Shown here piece by piece: positions 62,501 through 64,000 of a DNA stretch of 64,000 bases. A program made the translations under genes and the position numbers. Within the stretch, counting starts at the first letter, position 1, and each line of letters opens with the position of its first letter. This DNA is from an uncultured delta proteobacterium (GTDB taxonomy: Bacteria; Myxococcota_A; Polyangia; Polyangiales; Polyangiaceae). Under the pieces are notes generated by a model. That model made no database searches and was not told the origin of the DNA. It saw only the letters and a program-made list of their open reading frames with translations. Where the stretch lies: assembly GCA_963696385.1 (NCBI GenBank), contig CAVOKF010000003.1:224001-288000 (forward strand), given 5' to 3'.

Positions 62501-63313
62501 GTGGTTATCGCTCTGTTCTTCATCGTCCACTGGCAGCTCTCCGTCTTCTTCCAAAGCTTCTTTCTTCATCGCTACGGCGCGCATCGCCAGTTCACGATGA
62601 GCAAGCGCACCGAGCGTTGCTTGCATTTTCTCACTTGGTTCGTGCAGGGATCGAGCTATTTGAACCCGCGCGCATACGCGATCATGCATCGCATGCATCA
62701 TGCGTACAGCGATGGTCCGAACGACCCGCATTCGCCGATCCAGCAGGCGAATTTCTTCAAAATGATGTGGCGGACCAAGAAAATCTACGAAGATCTCAAG
62801 GACCGGCGCGTCGACGTCGAGCCACGTTTCGACGGCGGCTACCCGCAATGGCCATTGTTCGATGACACGCTGTCGTCGATGCCCATCGCCGTGATGTGGG
62901 GGGCCCTCTACACCGCCGTGTACGTCTGCTTTGCGACACACTGGTGGTTGTTTCTGCTGTTGCCCTTGCATTGGGCCCTCGGCCCAGTGCACGGAGCTAT
63001 CGTCAATTGGGCGGGTCATAAGATCGGGTATCGCAATTACGCAAGCGAAGACCATTCTCGAAATACGCTCGTCTTCGACGTTCTGACGATGGGAGAGCTA
63101 TTTCAGAACAACCATCACAAATGGGGCCAGTCTCCGAATTTCGCCGTTCGAGCGTTCGAGATCGACCCGGCTTACCAAATCATGCGTATTCTCGCATACT
63201 TGCGCGTCATCGACATGAGCCAGTCCCAGCGCGCTCGTTGGGTTCCCACTCGCCTCAAAGCAGCGCCTGTCGCCCTTCCCCTCCCTTCCCCGTCACCGGT
63301 CGACGGACCGTGA
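62501..63313 (+). CDS. Acyl-CoA/fatty acid desaturase (delta-9 type)
   Basis: His boxes HRYGAH, HRMHH, NNHH; GPNDPHSP. Confidence 0.92.
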   Translation: MVIALFFIVHWQLSVFFQSFFLHRYGAHRQFTMSKRTERCLHFLTWFVQGSSYLNPRAYAIMHRMHHAYSDGPNDPHSPIQQANFFKMMWRTKKIYEDLKDRRVDVEPRFDGGYPQWPLFDDTLSSMPIAVMWGALYTAVYVCFATHWWLFLLLPLHWALGPVHGAIVNWAGHKIGYRNYASEDHSRNTLVFDVLTMGELFQNNHHKWGQSPNFAVRAFEIDPAYQIMRILAYLRVIDMSQSQRARWVPTRLKAAPVALPLPSPSPVDGP

Positions 63314-64000
63314 TCCGCCGCTGAAGGCGTCTTTCGCCGCGCGGACGGCGGCGAACGCTCCGAGGTCGTCCGTCCCGGGCGGGATGCCGAGCGTGGTGCG
63401 GATTTCGGAGGACGTTACACGAAGGAAAGGATTCGTCCGTCGTTCGAGATCGATTGTCGTGCCGACCGTCGGCTCTCCGCGCAAGCGCTGTTGTCGAGAT
63501 CGCTCCAGCGCCGCCGTCACATCGAGGTTCGACGGCTCCACGAAGGCCGCAAAACGCAGATTGGTCTCCGTGTACTCGTGCCCCGGATGAACGCGCGTAT
63601 CGCCGGGAAGCGCGGCGAGTCGAGCCAGCGAAGCCTTCATTTGGGCCGCCGTTCCTTCGAAGAGACGGCCGCATCCAGCACAAAAAAGCGTGTCGCCGGT
63701 GAAGACGTATCGCTCTCCCGCGGCGTCGACGAAATAAGCGACGGCGCCGAGCGTGTGACCCGGCACGTGCATCACGGTCGTCTCGACCTCGCCAAGCCGC
63801 AGTACATCCCCCGTGTCCACGCTGCGCGTGAGCCCGGGAACGCGCTTGCGGTCGGAGACGTGACCCACGACCTCGAGATCGAATTCGCGCGCGAGTTCGA
63901 CATTACCGCCCACGTGATCCCAGTGATGGTGTGTGCTCCAAATGGCGCGCGCCTCGAGCCCCTCTCGACGCAGAGCTTCGCGCACCGGGCCAGCCTCTGA
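63293..64000 (-). CDS. gloB: Hydroxyacylglutathione hydrolase (glyoxalase II), 5' end probably beyond window
   Basis: THHHWDHVGG, PGHT, FTGDTLFCAGCGR, GHEYT, ERRTNPFLR. Confidence 0.92.
   Translation of the reverse strand, partial: SEAGPVREALRREGLEARAIWSTHHHWDHVGGNVELAREFDLEVVGHVSDRKRVPGLTRSVDTGDVLRLGEVETTVMHVPGHTLGAVAYFVDAAGERYVFTGDTLFCAGCGRLFEGTAAQMKASLARLAALPGDTRVHPGHEYTETNLRFAAFVEPSNLDVTAALERSRQQRLRGEPTVGTTIDLERRTNPFLRVTSSEIRTTLGIPPGTDDLGAFAAVRAAKDAFSGGSRSVDR

Overview
A high-GC, gene-dense chromosomal segment, most likely from a myxobacterium (Myxococcota, Polyangiaceae/Sorangiineae-like). This is inferred from the giant TPR proteins, Ser/Thr kinase and pseudokinase, PilT paralogs and Cys-rich lipoprotein. 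About 50 CDS are present. Housekeeping genes include deaD, eno, a DinG/YoaA-like helicase, atpD-atpC, typA, rimK, trpB-trpA, folB, gloB and an ABC-F ATPase. There is also an accessory GH3 beta-glucosidase + outer-membrane protein pair and one tRNA-Lys(TTT) with a duplicated 5' half nearby. I found no CRISPR array, integrase, transposase, prophage or recognisable defence system. The most notable unexplained signals are: (1) a ~172-bp, highly structured non-coding element present twice (30830-31001 and 58894-59066, ~90% identical), each copy just after the stop codon of a minus-strand gene; (2) two translationally coupled giant TPR proteins ending in apparently inactive M48-like metalloprotease folds; (3) two coupled PilT paralogs with complementary His-box losses; (4) a pseudokinase-GYF-TM-TonB_C-like fusion; (5) a GAF-HTH regulator lacking the sigma54 AAA+ domain; (6) a 47-aa ORF missing from the ORF track, behind a sigma54-type promoter. 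All family assignments come from motif recognition by eye, not database searches.
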